Assembly (NCBI GenBank): GCA_000165345.1
Contig: CM000432.1
Location: 320,001-384,000, forward strand
Reading direction: 5' to 3'
DNA length: 64,000 nucleotides
Shown: piece by piece, positions 47,963 to 59,704 of the stretch
Layout: each line of letters opens with the position of its first letter
Position numbering within the stretch: the stretch's first letter is position 1
The notes under the pieces: model-generated
The model's database searches: none
What the model was told of the DNA's origin: nothing
The model's input: only the letters and a program-made list of their open reading frames with translations
Position numbers and translations under genes: made by a program

Positions 47963-48525
47963 TGTAAGCAAATATTAATAACATAATTGAGGCCAAATAA
48001 TAAAAAAAAAATAAGGCCAGCTATTAATTAAATAAAAAATAATATAAATGTTTAAAAGTGAATTTTTTTTTCTTTTTTTTTAAATAGTTATTGGATGGAA
48101 ACAAACAATAAATAATTGAAATAATAATTATCTGGTAAATATATATTTGGAGGTTTATTTTAAAAAATTCCCCAATAAAGGAAGAAAAAAAAAATCAACA
48201 TAATTATTACTAAGGTAATAAAAGCAAGGAAGAGGAAGGTTCAGGGGGAAAATTATTTAAATATTGTTTTATATTAGTAATAATATAAAAAGTTTTTTCC
48301 TTGAATGTAATGTGATTAAGAGTGAGAAGAAAATATATCAATAATATATATTTATTCTTTTCGCTAAATAGATTTGTAATAATTTTTGAAAGGAGAAAAA
48401 GAATAAAAGCGAATTAGGAGAAGAGTGGAAATAAATTTATATAGAAATTCAATAAAGAATTGGAGTATAAAAGAAAACACTTTTATTTTTAGACGAAAGA
48501 AGAAAAAAATATTAACCTCATTAAA

Positions 48526-51255
48526 ATGGGTATATTAAGGTCGGAATCTATGTCCCATGGGACTCTGGTCCTTCCAAATGACCGAGCAAGAGAATATATT
48601 GATATACTCGGAAGAGAAGTAAATTTGCAATTTGTAGATATGAATTCAATTACAATGAATCGACAATATAAAAAGTATATTCAAAGAATCGATGAAATGG
48701 AACGTATACTTCGTGTACTATTTTCTGAGATTGAGAAACTCCCAGATGTGAAAGTATTAAAAGGGAATTATGAGAATTTTTTGGATCATGATCATGTTTA
48801 TCAATTAGATAAAGTAGAAGAATCTCTTCAAAGTTTATATGGCCAATTTATCAGTTTTAGAGATAATAATGCAGATTTAATCCACCAAAAAAGTTCTGCA
48901 ATTGAGGAATGCGCTGTAGCAAAAGCAGCAAGCCTTTCATTTGCTCCAATATCAATGTACAACAATGAAAGATCAAATAGTGACTTTTACATGACAAACG
49001 CAGTGGAAAGAGGGGAGGGTGGAATGCATGGAGGAAATCCCACACCATCATCTCCTTTAATGAATCCAGGTATTATGGATGGAATTAATAATGTTTCCGG
49101 ATTTGGAGATATGATGTTCAGTAGTATTGCTGGAGTGGTGAAACATGAAGATCAAGAGAAATTTGCTAGAGCTCTTTTTAGAGCCACAAGAGGTAACACA
49201 TTTACCCATTTCCAATCAATAGCTGAGAATATTATGGATCCAAAAACAAGTAAAGATGTTCAGAAGGTAGTTTTTGTAATTTACTTCCAAGGTGCAACAA
49301 CTTCAGCAGTTTATGATAAGATTAGTAGAATTTGTGATGCATTCAATGTATCGATTTATCCTTGGCCATCAAGCTATGAACATGCAATTCAAAGAATTAG
49401 TGAACTTAATACTTTAATCCAAGATAAGGAAAAAGCACTTCAAGCTTATGAACAATATATCACTCTTGAGATTGAGACTTTACTTCAACCAGTTAACTCA
49501 AATAATGGAAACTCATTAATAGAGGAATGGAGATTATTTTGCATTAAGGAGAAATCCATTTATGCAACATTGAACTTATTTGAAGGGTCAGATATAACAC
49601 TAAGAGCTGATTGTTGGTATCCAACAGAAGAGGAGGAAAAGATTAGAAAGATTTTGATAGCTGAAAGTAGCACTCAGCATGTTGGAGCATTTTTACTGAC
49701 TAATACATCAAGTGGAGGTCATGGAGTAGCTGGAATCCATATTTCAGAAGGTGGCTCACATGATGATGAGGCAAATATATCCAACACACCTCCAACATAT
49801 ATTAAGACTAACGATTTTACTGTTGCATTCCAGGACTTTGTAAATTCTTATGGTATTCCAAGATACCAAGAAGTGAATCCAGCTTTATTCACTTTAGTTT
49901 CATTCCCATTCCTTTTTGGTATTATGTATGGTGATGTAGGTCATGGTTTCATAGTTTTCTTGATTGGTTTGGTTTTAGTTTTGAATTATGGAAAACTTAA
50001 AAAGATTAACGATGAAAATATGAAGATTTTAGTTTCTGGTAGATATATGATTACAATGATGGGTTTCTTTGCGACTTATTGTGGATTAATTTACAATGAT
50101 TTCTTCGCTGCTGGTTTGGATATATTTGGATCCAGATACACCCTATCTCATGATAAATTACCGGATGGAAGTCACGTATTTTTACCAAATAACAATTCCA
50201 CTTCAGCTTCTTTTCCATATCCATTTGGATTTGATCCAGTTTGGAAAGGAGCTGTTAATGAAATGTCATTTTTGAATAGTTTCAAGATGAAATTCTCAGT
50301 TATTATTGCCTTCTTCCAGATGACTCTTGGTGTAATACTTAAAGGTTTTAATAACTTGTACTTTAAAAATTATGTTGATTTCTTTATGGAGTTCATTCCT
50401 CAATTTATTTTTATGGTCGGATTTATTGGATATCTTAACTTTTTAATCTTCTTTAAATGGTTAACTCCAATTGAAGGATATAATAAGCCTTCTATTTTGA
50501 ATGCATTAATTGGATTACAAAGTTCTTTATTTGGAGCTGATATTCCACTTAGTGATAGATTTTATCTATCTCAACCTGTCGTACAGAAATATATTACATT
50601 GGCCTTATTAATTTCTGTACCTTGGATGTTCTTCCCTAAACCACTTTATCTTATTTACAAGAGCAGAAAACAAAAGAAAGCTAGTGAGGAAGAATCTAGG
50701 ATCAGACAACAACATCTCTCATCATACTCATCTGTCTCAAGTAGATTCACATCTTTCACTAATAGCTCTAAGAAGATAAGCAGATCCAAGAGTAATCTTC
50801 TTTCTGAGGATGATCATAATCTCATTGGTCATGAAGTAGAAGAATCATCTGGTCACTCTGATCCAACTGAGATTTTTATTCATCAACTTATTGAAACTGT
50901 TGAATTCCTTATTGGTTCAATTTCCAATACTGCATCATACCTCCGTCTTTGGGCACTTTCTCTTGCACACAATATGCTTGCATTGGTAGCTCTCCAGTTT
51001 ACTATTATGAAGGCCTTAAACTCAAAACTCCTTATTGTTAAAGTTGTTCAACTATTTAATTTATTCTTCATGTTCTTTGCATTCACTTCATTTATCATGA
51101 TTCTCATGGACTCATTGGAATGCTTCTTACATGGCCTTCGTCTACAATGGGTAGAATTCCAAAACAAGTTTTATAAGGGAGATGGTATTCTTTTTGCCCC
51201 TCTTAACCATATGAGAATTATCTTAGAAACTGAAGAGTTATTAAACTCATCTTAA
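48526..51255 (+). CDS. V-type H+-ATPase 116 kDa subunit a (V0 sector), 909 aa
   Basis: N-terminus LRSE.M....L....A.EY.D.LG...LQF.D.N; multiple TM helices; the subunit-a signature LRLWALSLAH..L near the C-terminus. Confidence 0.9.
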   Translation: MGILRSESMSHGTLVLPNDRAREYIDILGREVNLQFVDMNSITMNRQYKKYIQRIDEMERILRVLFSEIEKLPDVKVLKGNYENFLDHDHVYQLDKVEESLQSLYGQFISFRDNNADLIHQKSSAIEECAVAKAASLSFAPISMYNNERSNSDFYMTNAVERGEGGMHGGNPTPSSPLMNPGIMDGINNVSGFGDMMFSSIAGVVKHEDQEKFARALFRATRGNTFTHFQSIAENIMDPKTSKDVQKVVFVIYFQGATTSAVYDKISRICDAFNVSIYPWPSSYEHAIQRISELNTLIQDKEKALQAYEQYITLEIETLLQPVNSNNGNSLIEEWRLFCIKEKSIYATLNLFEGSDITLRADCWYPTEEEEKIRKILIAESSTQHVGAFLLTNTSSGGHGVAGIHISEGGSHDDEANISNTPPTYIKTNDFTVAFQDFVNSYGIPRYQEVNPALFTLVSFPFLFGIMYGDVGHGFIVFLIGLVLVLNYGKLKKINDENMKILVSGRYMITMMGFFATYCGLIYNDFFAAGLDIFGSRYTLSHDKLPDGSHVFLPNNNSTSASFPYPFGFDPVWKGAVNEMSFLNSFKMKFSVIIAFFQMTLGVILKGFNNLYFKNYVDFFMEFIPQFIFMVGFIGYLNFLIFFKWLTPIEGYNKPSILNALIGLQSSLFGADIPLSDRFYLSQPVVQKYITLALLISVPWMFFPKPLYLIYKSRKQKKASEEESRIRQQHLSSYSSVSSRFTSFTNSSKKISRSKSNLLSEDDHNLIGHEVEESSGHSDPTEIFIHQLIETVEFLIGSISNTASYLRLWALSLAHNMLALVALQFTIMKALNSKLLIVKVVQLFNLFFMFFAFTSFIMILMDSLECFLHGLRLQWVEFQNKFYKGDGILFAPLNHMRIILETEELLNSS

Positions 51256-51490
51256 TAATAACTTAAATCTCTTTTTTTTTAATTCGAGGAAAAAAAAGAG
51301 TTCCAAATTATTATTAAATTACTGAAATTTTATACAATTGAATTCTTTTGAATTTACATATTTTTTAATAATAAAGATATATGAAGAAGAACATACATTA
51401 ATAATATTTAGTATATAACCAAACTAGTGTGTAATCTTTTTTCTTTTTTTTTCAATTTTGATAATCTTCTCTAATTTGTTTTTATATTTA

Positions 51491-51633
51491 ATTTGCATGC
51501 GCTTGTCCACATTGAAATAAAATGTCAACTGCAAGCATTGCCGGTATCAACTTCAATAAATGCAAGTATTTTTTTAGGAAAAAATATAACAAAGGCGCCA
51601 AATAAATAATAAAATGACGTGGCGAGCGCCAAG
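51491..51633. promoter_or_regulatory. BMS1 promoter: TGCATGCGC, TTGCCGGTATC, AAAGGCGCCAAATAAA (51591..51606), TGGCGAGCGCCAAG (51620..51633)
   Basis: E2F-like boxes 125 to 165 nt upstream of the ATG at 51759. Confidence 0.55.
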
Positions 51634-51758
51634 CAAGGTTTGCAGTTTTATTTTGACATTGAGAAAAAAGATTAAAAAAGAAAAAGAAAGAACAAGGAAA
51701 AAAAATAAGAAGTAACCTTTAAATGAAAAAATAGGTCAAGCTTCAATTTCTCATCAAA

Positions 51759-54700
51759 ATGGAGGAAATAGATAGGAAAAAGTCTCACAAAACTCACCTA
51801 TCTAAAAGAAAGGTATTAAAGAAGAAATTAAAAAAGGAAGGAGCGGATAAGAAAGAGAGACATAATCCAAAGGTAAGTTTAATCATATTTATACTTTTTA
51901 AGATAGAATTTAACTCTGAGCTTTATCTCAATTACACTCTAGGCTTTCACATTTTCTGGAGGAGTTAAAAGTGTACAAAGAAGGGTACAAAGAACCCTTG
52001 ATATAACATCAAAAAGAGAAAAAGCACCAGGAATTGATAAAAGTAATGTAGAAGATGAGTCTACACCTCCATATATTGTTGCAGTTCAAGGTCCTCCTGG
52101 AGTAGGAAAAACAACTTTAATACGTTCTTTGGTGAAAAATTATACAAAATATAATTTGAATGTAATTGATGGAACTGTTACACTTGTATCATCGAAAAAT
52201 CGTCGTTTAACATTTATTGAATGCCCAAATGATATGCATGGTATGATAGATGTTGCAAAAGTTGCAGACCTCGTATTACTATTAATAGATGCAAGCTTTT
52301 CATTTGAAATGGAAACTTTTGAATTCTTAAATATATTACAAGTACATGGCTTTCCAAGAGTTCTTGGTGTTTTAACCCATTTGGATAAAATTGAAGATAA
52401 TAAGACTGTAAGGAAGACAAAAAAGAAGCTTAAAAATAGATTTTGGACTGAAATCTATAATGGAGCTAAATTATTCTATCTAAGCGGAATTCATAATGGT
52501 TTCTATAATAAAACTGAAATACGTAATTTATCCAGATTTATTGCAGTTCAAAAGTTTGAAAATCTATCATGGAGAAGTTCACATCCATATATAGTTTCTT
52601 TAAGAATTGAAGAAATTAATGATGATGATTATCATCAAAACAATAAGCAATCTTCTGAATCTAAAAATCCTGAAACAAGTGTCTACTTTTATGGATTTGT
52701 TAAGGGTGGAATAATGAGAAAAAACCAAAGTGTTCATATTCCAGGTCTTGGAGATTATTTGATTAATGATATTGATGAGTTTAATGATCCATGTCCTTTA
52801 CCAGAAACTAGTATAAAAAAGAATGGAACTAATGCAGGATTAAGAGTATTAAAGACTAAAGAAAGAAATATTTATGCTCCATATTGTGATGTGGGAAACG
52901 TTCAGATTGATTCTAACTCTATGTATATTCATATTCCAGACAATACTGTTAATTTTACCAGAAGAAAGGTTCTTTTTAACGATGATAACTCAGATTCAGA
53001 TTCAGATGTAGAAAACAATTCTCATAGTGAGGGAGAAGAGAATCTAGATGATGATATTCAAGATATTGATGAGTCCTTTGAAGAAGAAGAAGAAGATGAT
53101 GATAACTATTATCACAACGACATTAATCCAAAGAGTAATTCTTCACATTCAAGCTCAGAATCTAACTCTGAGGATGAAGAATATCTCCCAGAAGCTGTAA
53201 AATATGTTAGAAAACTACAAAAGTCTCAATCTGTTTTAAACAAAAGGGTTAATAATCTATCACTGAAACTACTTCCATCTTCAGAAGTTAGCCTAGAGAA
53301 CTCTATACTTTATGAAGAAAGTTCTGAAGCTGGTAAAAATAAAGGCTTTAGTAATGATGATGATCTTATGGAAACAGAGTATAAAGAAACTAATAACCAA
53401 AGTTATTACTCTGAAATTAAAAGTAAAAATAGTGATAACTTCCTATTCAGTAAAAATGTTAATTATTCATTAAAGGACTTGGTATACGGACGAAATGCTA
53501 AGGCTAGACAAGTATTTAAAAAGATGGTTTCTCAAAATAATGATAAAAGTATTAACTCTAAAAAAGCACTTTTCGATGATGATCTTGAAGATAGCCAAGA
53601 CGAGTTAAGTTCTGATACAGATGATATCGGTGAAATTCTTGATACTTTCAGAATAAATGATGTTTATATATATCCTACAAAACCTAAATCTATTCGAGAA
53701 TTAGTAAGTTACTGGACTGAAGAAAAGTACTATACTTTGAAACAAGAAAAATTCATCACGGGTGGAATAGATAATAGTGATGATGAAGAAGATCATCATA
53801 TTGATGGAGGATTAACAAACAAAGAAAATGAAGCTTCTGGGAATACTGAAGATATTAATGATTCTATCAATGATCAGAATAACGATTCATATTCTAATCA
53901 AGATAATTCAATGATGGATCTTGAAAGTAAAATTTTTAAAATAGGAAGGTATGTTCGTATAAGAATTGATAATATTGACAAAGAGTGGATCCGAAATCGT
54001 CAAGGGATTACTATTCTAGGAACTTTATTACCAGGAGAATCAGTTTTTGGTAATATTAATATTCGAATAAAAAAACATCGTTGGTATCCAAAAATACTAA
54101 AATCTGATGATGTATTAACATTTAGTATTGGTTGGAGAAGATTCCAGTCTATACCACTATATTCAATTGAGGATAGAAACGAAACAAGATATAGAATGCT
54201 TAAGTATACTCCTGAACACATGCATTGTTACTGTACAACTTATGGTCCTATCATACCATGTAACTTTGGTATATTGGCTATTAGAAGTTCAGAAAGAACA
54301 AGTAATTTTAGAATTGCTGCAACAGGAGTATCAGTGGAAATGCAAGCAAAAAGTAATATTGTTAAGAAATTGAAGCTTGTTGGTGAACCTAAGAAGATAC
54401 ATAAGAATACAGCATTTATTCACAAAATGTTTAATAGCGATTTAGAAGTTTCAAAGTTTATTGGAGCTAAAATTCAAACGGTTAGTGGAATTAGAGGACA
54501 AGTTAAAAAAGCTATTAGTACTCATGGACTTTTTAGAGCAACTTTTGAAGATAAAATACTTTTATCAGATATTGTATTTTGTAAAACATGGGTTTCTATG
54601 ACTCCAAGAGAATTCTATAATCCAGTAATAGATTTACCAACATGGAGAAGAATGAGAACTCAAGCTGAATTAAGAAGAGAATTAAATATTCCTTTAGCAA

Positions 54701-55098
54701 TTAAAGCAGATTCTGAGTATGTAACTAAACAAGATAGACCTGAAAAGAAGAGATTTAATAGTGTACCAGTACCAAGTAAATTAGAAAAAGAATTACCATA
54801 TGCTTCAAAAACAAAGAATGATTCTAAGAAGATAAAAGATAAGAATCAGGTAGCTGTAATAAAGAGTACATTTGAAAAAAGAGTAGCTAATTTATTCCAA
54901 AGACTATCAACTATTCAAAAAGAAAAGACTGCTAAACGTATTGAGAAGAAGAGAATTAAGAGAGAAATTAATATTAAGAGAAGACAACCATTAGAAAGAA
55001 TAAGAGAAGCCAAGAATGAGGAGAGGAAGAAGAGAAGATATGCATTACAAGGTATAAAGATAGATAAACAGAGAAGAAAATTGATGATGAAGGATTAA
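51759..55098 (+). CDS. BMS1: Ribosome biogenesis GTPase BMS1; 2 exons join(51759..51872,51943..55098)
   Basis: Exon 1 (MEEIDRKKSHKTHLSKRKVLKKKLKKEGADKKERHNPK) plus exon 2 (AFTFSGGVKS...PPYIVAVQGPPGVGKTTLIRSLV) is collinear with the yeast Bms1 N-terminus (..HNAKAFAVAAPGK...PPFIVAVVGPPGTGKTTLI). G-domain motifs and the AARP2CN/DUF663 region are present. GTAAGT donor at 51873 and AG at 51941..51942; the intron is 70 nt. Confidence 0.85.
51873..51942 (+). other. intron of BMS1 (GTAAGT...CTCTAG)
   Basis: Removing it joins track ORFs 51759..51968 and 52129..55098 in frame and restores the Bms1 N-terminal alignment. Confidence 0.8.
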
Positions 55099-55150
55099 TA
55101 AGAATATAAATGAGATCAATTTAATCTATTTAGTAATCTTTAATTATTTA

Positions 55151-56281
55151 TTAATGAATTAGTTGTAACATAATATTGTATTCTTCTTGTTCTTTCTTAG
55201 TATCTTGAATTAAATTATCAACAAAATTATCCATAAATTGAATATATTTACTTATACTTGAAGGTATTGTATAAGTTGTTGTATTTGATTTAATATCTTT
55301 TTGACAAACATTATTGTCATAATCATTTCTAATACTAGTAAGTGTAGGAACAGTTTTTGGATTAAAATTAAAATTTTGACTTGTATCAATAGGAATACAA
55401 AGTCTACCAGTAGAATGATGAATACAAAAAGGAGCTTTTAAAAGATGTCCAAGATCTTTACTGACATTAATATCTAATCTTGGATAACTATAAGCAAATA
55501 CAATTTCTTTAAGAAGAGTAAGATGGGATTTATCGGATGATTTTTGTAAAGTATTAGAAAGAAAATCCCAGAATTCAAGACATGTAAAATCAGATGTTTT
55601 TTGAATCCAATTTTGAACAGTTTGATATACTTTAGTATCTTCAGAAAGATGATTTAATACTTTTTCAATATGAATAGAATTGTGATCAAAAATTTGTTGG
55701 TTTTCTAGTATTTGATCAAAATATTGCATGCATATATTAAAACATCTATCTATAAATGGATGAGATTTAATCCCATTTTGATTATTTGAAGTCTTTAAAT
55801 TAACTTTCTTTTTTCTATTTTCATTACCAGTAACTAATGTTAAATAATCAATAATAGCAGTTCTTGCTTCAGAAGGTAGAAGTCTGGCTTTAGTATCACA
55901 AACCCAACAATGTACTCCTCTTCTTCCAGAATAAAGCCAAAGTATATGTTTAAAGCCAAAATCTTGTCTTAAAGAAGTATCTATAAGACGAATTGCTACA
56001 GTTACATAAAGCCAACATTTTTCACAAATAGTTTTCTCTTGACAACATGTTCGAATATCATCATAATCATTCATATCAATATCAAAGACTAATTCTCTTT
56101 GTACAGGCTTAAATCCAAGAGGGGAGATTTCTTTTTCAGAAATGGGGATATTGTAGATTGCTCCAATATCAAATTTATGTGGAGTTCTTGCAACAATTTC
56201 TTGTTTTAGTTGATCAATTGTTTTGAAATGTTGCCATCTGAGATATATTTCATCCTGATCAATTTCAGATTTAATAGTCAT
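55151..56281 (-). CDS. PRI1: DNA primase small (catalytic) subunit PriS/Pri1, 376 aa
   Basis: Catalytic motifs RELVFDIDMNDYDDIRTCC..C.KCW and SGRRGVHCWVCD. Confidence 0.85.
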   Translation of the reverse strand: MTIKSEIDQDEIYLRWQHFKTIDQLKQEIVARTPHKFDIGAIYNIPISEKEISPLGFKPVQRELVFDIDMNDYDDIRTCCQEKTICEKCWLYVTVAIRLIDTSLRQDFGFKHILWLYSGRRGVHCWVCDTKARLLPSEARTAIIDYLTLVTGNENRKKKVNLKTSNNQNGIKSHPFIDRCFNICMQYFDQILENQQIFDHNSIHIEKVLNHLSEDTKVYQTVQNWIQKTSDFTCLEFWDFLSNTLQKSSDKSHLTLLKEIVFAYSYPRLDINVSKDLGHLLKAPFCIHHSTGRLCIPIDTSQNFNFNPKTVPTLTSIRNDYDNNVCQKDIKSNTTTYTIPSSISKYIQFMDNFVDNLIQDTKKEQEEYNIMLQLIH

Positions 56282-57018
56282 AGAGAATTCTCTGTTTTGA
56301 ATTAAGTTGTTTTGTCTTGAATTATCTAATTGGATAATAATATAAGAAATAAAGTTAAGTTATGTTTTATTCAATATAATTGAGTTAGGATGATTCATAG
56401 TAATGAATTAAATCATTAATTTATGAATGCATTGTTCCTAGAAATTTTACTTAGCTTACCTCCTATAGTTCCTACATTATATGAAAGCCATTTTCCCAAT
56501 ATATTGAATGGATAAATTTTATCTAAACAAAATGAATTATGAATATTCAAATGATTATACAGCCTTATTTCTCAATTTCTAATTTATATTTTAAGGCTGT
56601 TAATTATATAATTTAAACTTACTATAAAAGAACTTCAGATCAGCTTTGTCAATAAAGCTGTCATCAGCAAATATTAAAGTTTCATCTTTTTCAAAGTTAT
56701 CTTCAAGTACCATTTTAATGAATAAATTATTAATTTATTTTTTAATAATTTTGTTATTGTCTTTGATATAAAATAATAATAATTGAATTAGGCGTACAAG
56801 TATCACTTTCTCAAAAATATTCACCTTTTTGTATATTATTTGAAAAAGAGAGATAATGAGAAAGAAAGAGAGAGAGAAATAAAGATCTGTAGAAAAGGGA
56901 AGGGAGATAAATAGATTAAATATTTATTATCGTATTTTTTATTTCCTTCCTTTTTTTTTTTTTTTACCTCACAAATTTGTGAGATCTTAATTAACATTTA
57001 TTTAAACAAAAAATGGGT

Positions 57019-57040
57019 TTGGCGCCAAAACGGGTACCGA
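57019..57040. promoter_or_regulatory. Divergent promoter box TTTGGCGCCAAAACGGGTACCG (primase / gene 57206)
   Basis: Palindromic E2F-like box plus GGTACCG; GAGA-rich tract at 56850..56920. Confidence 0.55.
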
Positions 57041-57205
57041 AAATTATTTTGAAATTTTTATATTGGTTATTATTTGCAGGTTAAATTTCCAAGTTAGGTG
57101 AGCAAGTAGATAGGATAAAAAAAAAGAGATCATTTTTGGTTTATTATAGTATAACTAAATAATATAAGAGTGGTGTGTGTAGAGATTTTTGATTAGTTTG
57201 AATAA

Positions 57206-57583
57206 ATGGTAGAAATATATGCATCTGAAAGCTCGGAAGTTGGTAAGCAAGTGAATTGGAATTATATTAATAAGGATAGTCTTTCAAATATAAACGAATT
57301 AGATGTTACGGTATTGAAGGAGATATATAGTGAGATAATTGATTTTGCAAATAAGCTTGCAGAATCGAATAGAATAATGGAGGATTATAAAGATGATGAG
57401 GATATTGTGGATGCAATTGATGAGAATGAGGGAATAATTAAGAGAAAAAAGGAGATAATTGAATTAATTGAGAGTAGATTTAAGCAATTGAATAGGGAAG
57501 ATTTAATAAACGAATCAAAACTTGAAATAGATGGTAAAGATTGCAAAAATAATGAAGATAATAATATGGAAGAATATTTGTAA
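57206..57583 (+). CDS. Hypothetical small acidic coiled-coil protein, 125 aa
   Basis: Intact ORF with ATG in AAATAAATGG context downstream of an E2F-like box; no family recognised. Confidence 0.45.
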   Translation: MVEIYASESSEVGKQVNWNYINKDSLSNINELDVTVLKEIYSEIIDFANKLAESNRIMEDYKDDEDIVDAIDENEGIIKRKKEIIELIESRFKQLNREDLINESKLEIDGKDCKNNEDNNMEEYL

Positions 57584-57745
57584 GAAGAATGAATATTCTC
57601 ATATATTTATCTTAAGTTTTATAACATATTGATATATTTATTTTTTCTTAAAGAAAAAAAAATAATGAAGAAGTTATCGTACTAATTTTTAAACAAAATT
57701 TAGGATATTTCCAATGATAACTAATTTTCTTAAAAAAGTATTAAT

Positions 57746-58504
57746 CTATAGGTAAAATATAACATAATGTAGAATAACTATAAGAATATTTAATGGATTT
57801 ATTTGAGGCCAAAGAGTTTTAACAAAATAAATTCTTGTATTGTGACAAACTTGATAAATTAAAAAATCAGAAAGACGTGTTTCCCCTGAAGTTCTTATCA
57901 ATATATTAGGAAATGGTATTTCAGGATTATATATAAAAGATTTAAATTTTTCATCAGAAAGAGTAATATCTTGAATTTGGTTAATATTATTAGAATTAAC
58001 ATTTTTATAATTTTCAAGATACTTTTTTGATGCCATTTCTAATTCTGCTGTCCATGAATAAGCACAACAAATATTAAGAACAATTCCATTATTTTCTTTT
58101 GTTTTAAGTTCTAAATCTTTTAAAGTATCTAATAATTCTTTTGGAAGCATTTCAATTTTCCCAGAAATAACAACTTTAGAATTCTTTTCATTTAACCAAT
58201 TTCCTTCTTTTAAAATATAATCCTTAATTACATTAAATGTATCATCTACATTTTCTTGATTTCTAGAAAAATTCTCCATTGAAAAAACAAACATTGAAAT
58301 ATATTTTACTTTTAGCTTTATAAATAGTGGTAATATTTTCTTTATTAAAAGTGCACCTTGTTTATGTCCTTCTAACTGTGATATTCCCATTGCTTTTGCA
58401 TATCTCCTATTTCCATCTAATATTATTGCTACATGATTGATCTTAAATATGCTTAAAAAACGAGTTAACACTATTTCTAATACTCTTTTTATTAATGATA
58501 TCAT
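57746..58504 (-). CDS. cis-Prenyltransferase (dehydrodolichyl diphosphate synthase / UPP synthase family), 252 aa
   Basis: HVAIILDGNRRYAK; NICCAYSWTAEL; IRTSGETRLSDFLIYQ. Confidence 0.85.
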   Translation of the reverse strand: MISLIKRVLEIVLTRFLSIFKINHVAIILDGNRRYAKAMGISQLEGHKQGALLIKKILPLFIKLKVKYISMFVFSMENFSRNQENVDDTFNVIKDYILKEGNWLNEKNSKVVISGKIEMLPKELLDTLKDLELKTKENNGIVLNICCAYSWTAELEMASKKYLENYKNVNSNNINQIQDITLSDEKFKSFIYNPEIPFPNILIRTSGETRLSDFLIYQVCHNTRIYFVKTLWPQINPLNILIVILHYVIFYL

Positions 58505-58778
58505 TTTAATTAATTTCTTGATAATTTATTAAGATGTTTAATTCACTTCACTATTACATAATATTACTTTACTATAAAAAGATAATAAAAGAAAGGAAAA
58601 AGAATAAATAAACATTTATATTATTTGTTTTACCTCCCCCTCAAATCCTCGACTTGTTAAAAAAAATATATATATATATATATATATATACAATTTTTTT
58701 TTTTTAAATTAATACCATCTACTATCTCAAATATAATAAACTATTGCATTATTGACATAAATAATCTGATAAAGTCAG

Positions 58779-58804
58779 ATGCCCGCGCGCGGCACAGCGC
58801 ATGT
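58779..58804. promoter_or_regulatory. GC-rich palindromic element GATGCCCGCGCGCGGCACAGCGCATG
   Basis: CCCGCGCGCGG palindrome 3 nt downstream of the JPT-like stop codon and about 275 nt upstream of the cis-prenyltransferase ATG (58504). Confidence 0.4.
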
Positions 58805-58806
58805 AT

Positions 58807-59371
58807 TTAATATAAAGAAAATGTTGATTTTCCACCTGGAGGATTATGTACTTTAACATTTGTTTTAAAAGAATTACCAGTAGAAGTTTTACCTAAAGAA
58901 TTATTATCAACATTTTTTACTTCACTGGTTTCAGAGTTATTTTGATTTACATTAAAACTATCATTTTCAATATTAAGATTATTATTTGTTGCATGTAAAT
59001 TTGTTATTTGTTGTTTATTAGTATTTGTTTCATTGTTATTAGTATTAGAGGAATTGCATGTATCTGAAAAGGCGCCTAAATTTGTGATTATTTAAATAAT
59101 GTTGAAATAAAATAATTTGTTTAAAACTTACTGAATCCAAGTCCAAGGGAAGATGAGCCACCAGGTGGATGGTGGATTCTTGTACTTGGTTTACTTCTAA
59201 AGAATTGATTATCTTGAGCGTCTTTTTATTATTATAAAGTTTTATTTTTCAAAAGTAATATTTTATAGAAAATATAAATATATTAATTTATTAATTTCAG
59301 TAAAGTTTATTCGTAATTTAAAAATCAGTTAGATTAATACCAAATAATTGTAATATATTGAACTAACCCAT
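58807..59371 (-). CDS. HN1/Jupiter (JPT)-like small microtubule-associated protein; 3 exons join(complement: 59368..59371, 59132..59221, 58807..59075), about 120 aa; not in the ORF track
   Basis: Exon 1 on the minus strand is ATGG, followed by a GTTAGT donor (intron 59222..59367). Exon 2 encodes DAQDNQFFRSKPSTRIHHPPGGSSSLGLGF (compare JPT1 ..RVLRPPGGGSNFSLGF). GTAAGT donor at 59126..59131 on the minus strand. Exon 3 is an open frame ending ..KVHNPPGGKSTFSLY* (compare JPT1 C-terminus RNPPGGKSSLVLG). The total is 363 nt, in frame. The exon 3 acceptor is either 59075 or 59063; both keep the frame. Confidence 0.6.
59076..59131 (-). other. intron 2 of JPT-like gene (GTAAGT...TTTAG); an alternative acceptor lies 12 nt downstream (TTTTCAG ending at 59064)
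   Basis: Canonical GTAAGT donor; two in-frame AG acceptors are available. Confidence 0.55.
59222..59367 (-). other. intron 1 of JPT-like gene immediately after ATG+1 (GTTAGT...AAAAAG)
   Basis: There is no in-frame ATG inside exon 2. ATGG at 59368..59371 has an A at -3 and is followed by a GT donor, and phase 1 joins correctly to ..AC GCT CAA. Confidence 0.5.
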
Positions 59372-59591
59372 TATTTATTTGTTTTAGTTAGATTCTTTTT
59401 TTTTTTTTTTAATATTATCAACTTTAAATCACTTTTTGAATGAAATTCTAAGAATCTGTTTGAGTATTATTAATAATACAAAAAATAAAGAAAATTAAAT
59501 TATATAAAATGATGATTGAAGAAACAATTATATTTTACCCCTTACCTATTTAATTTATTAATATTTAAAATAAATCTCAATAATATATATA

Positions 59592-59623
<32 letters not shown>

Positions 59624-59704
59624 AATTAATTCCCATGTAATTTTTCCCTCCACTAGAATTTATTTAAAAATTAATATATTCAATTTTATTACTATCCCCA
59701 CGCA

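Noticed and set aside
59071-59076. GGCGCC box at 59071..59076 as an independent promoter
   Set aside because: It coincides with the intron 2 acceptor / exon 3 start of the JPT-like gene (codons AGC GCC), so it is most simply coding or splice context. It is noted inside the JPT finding rather than called separately.
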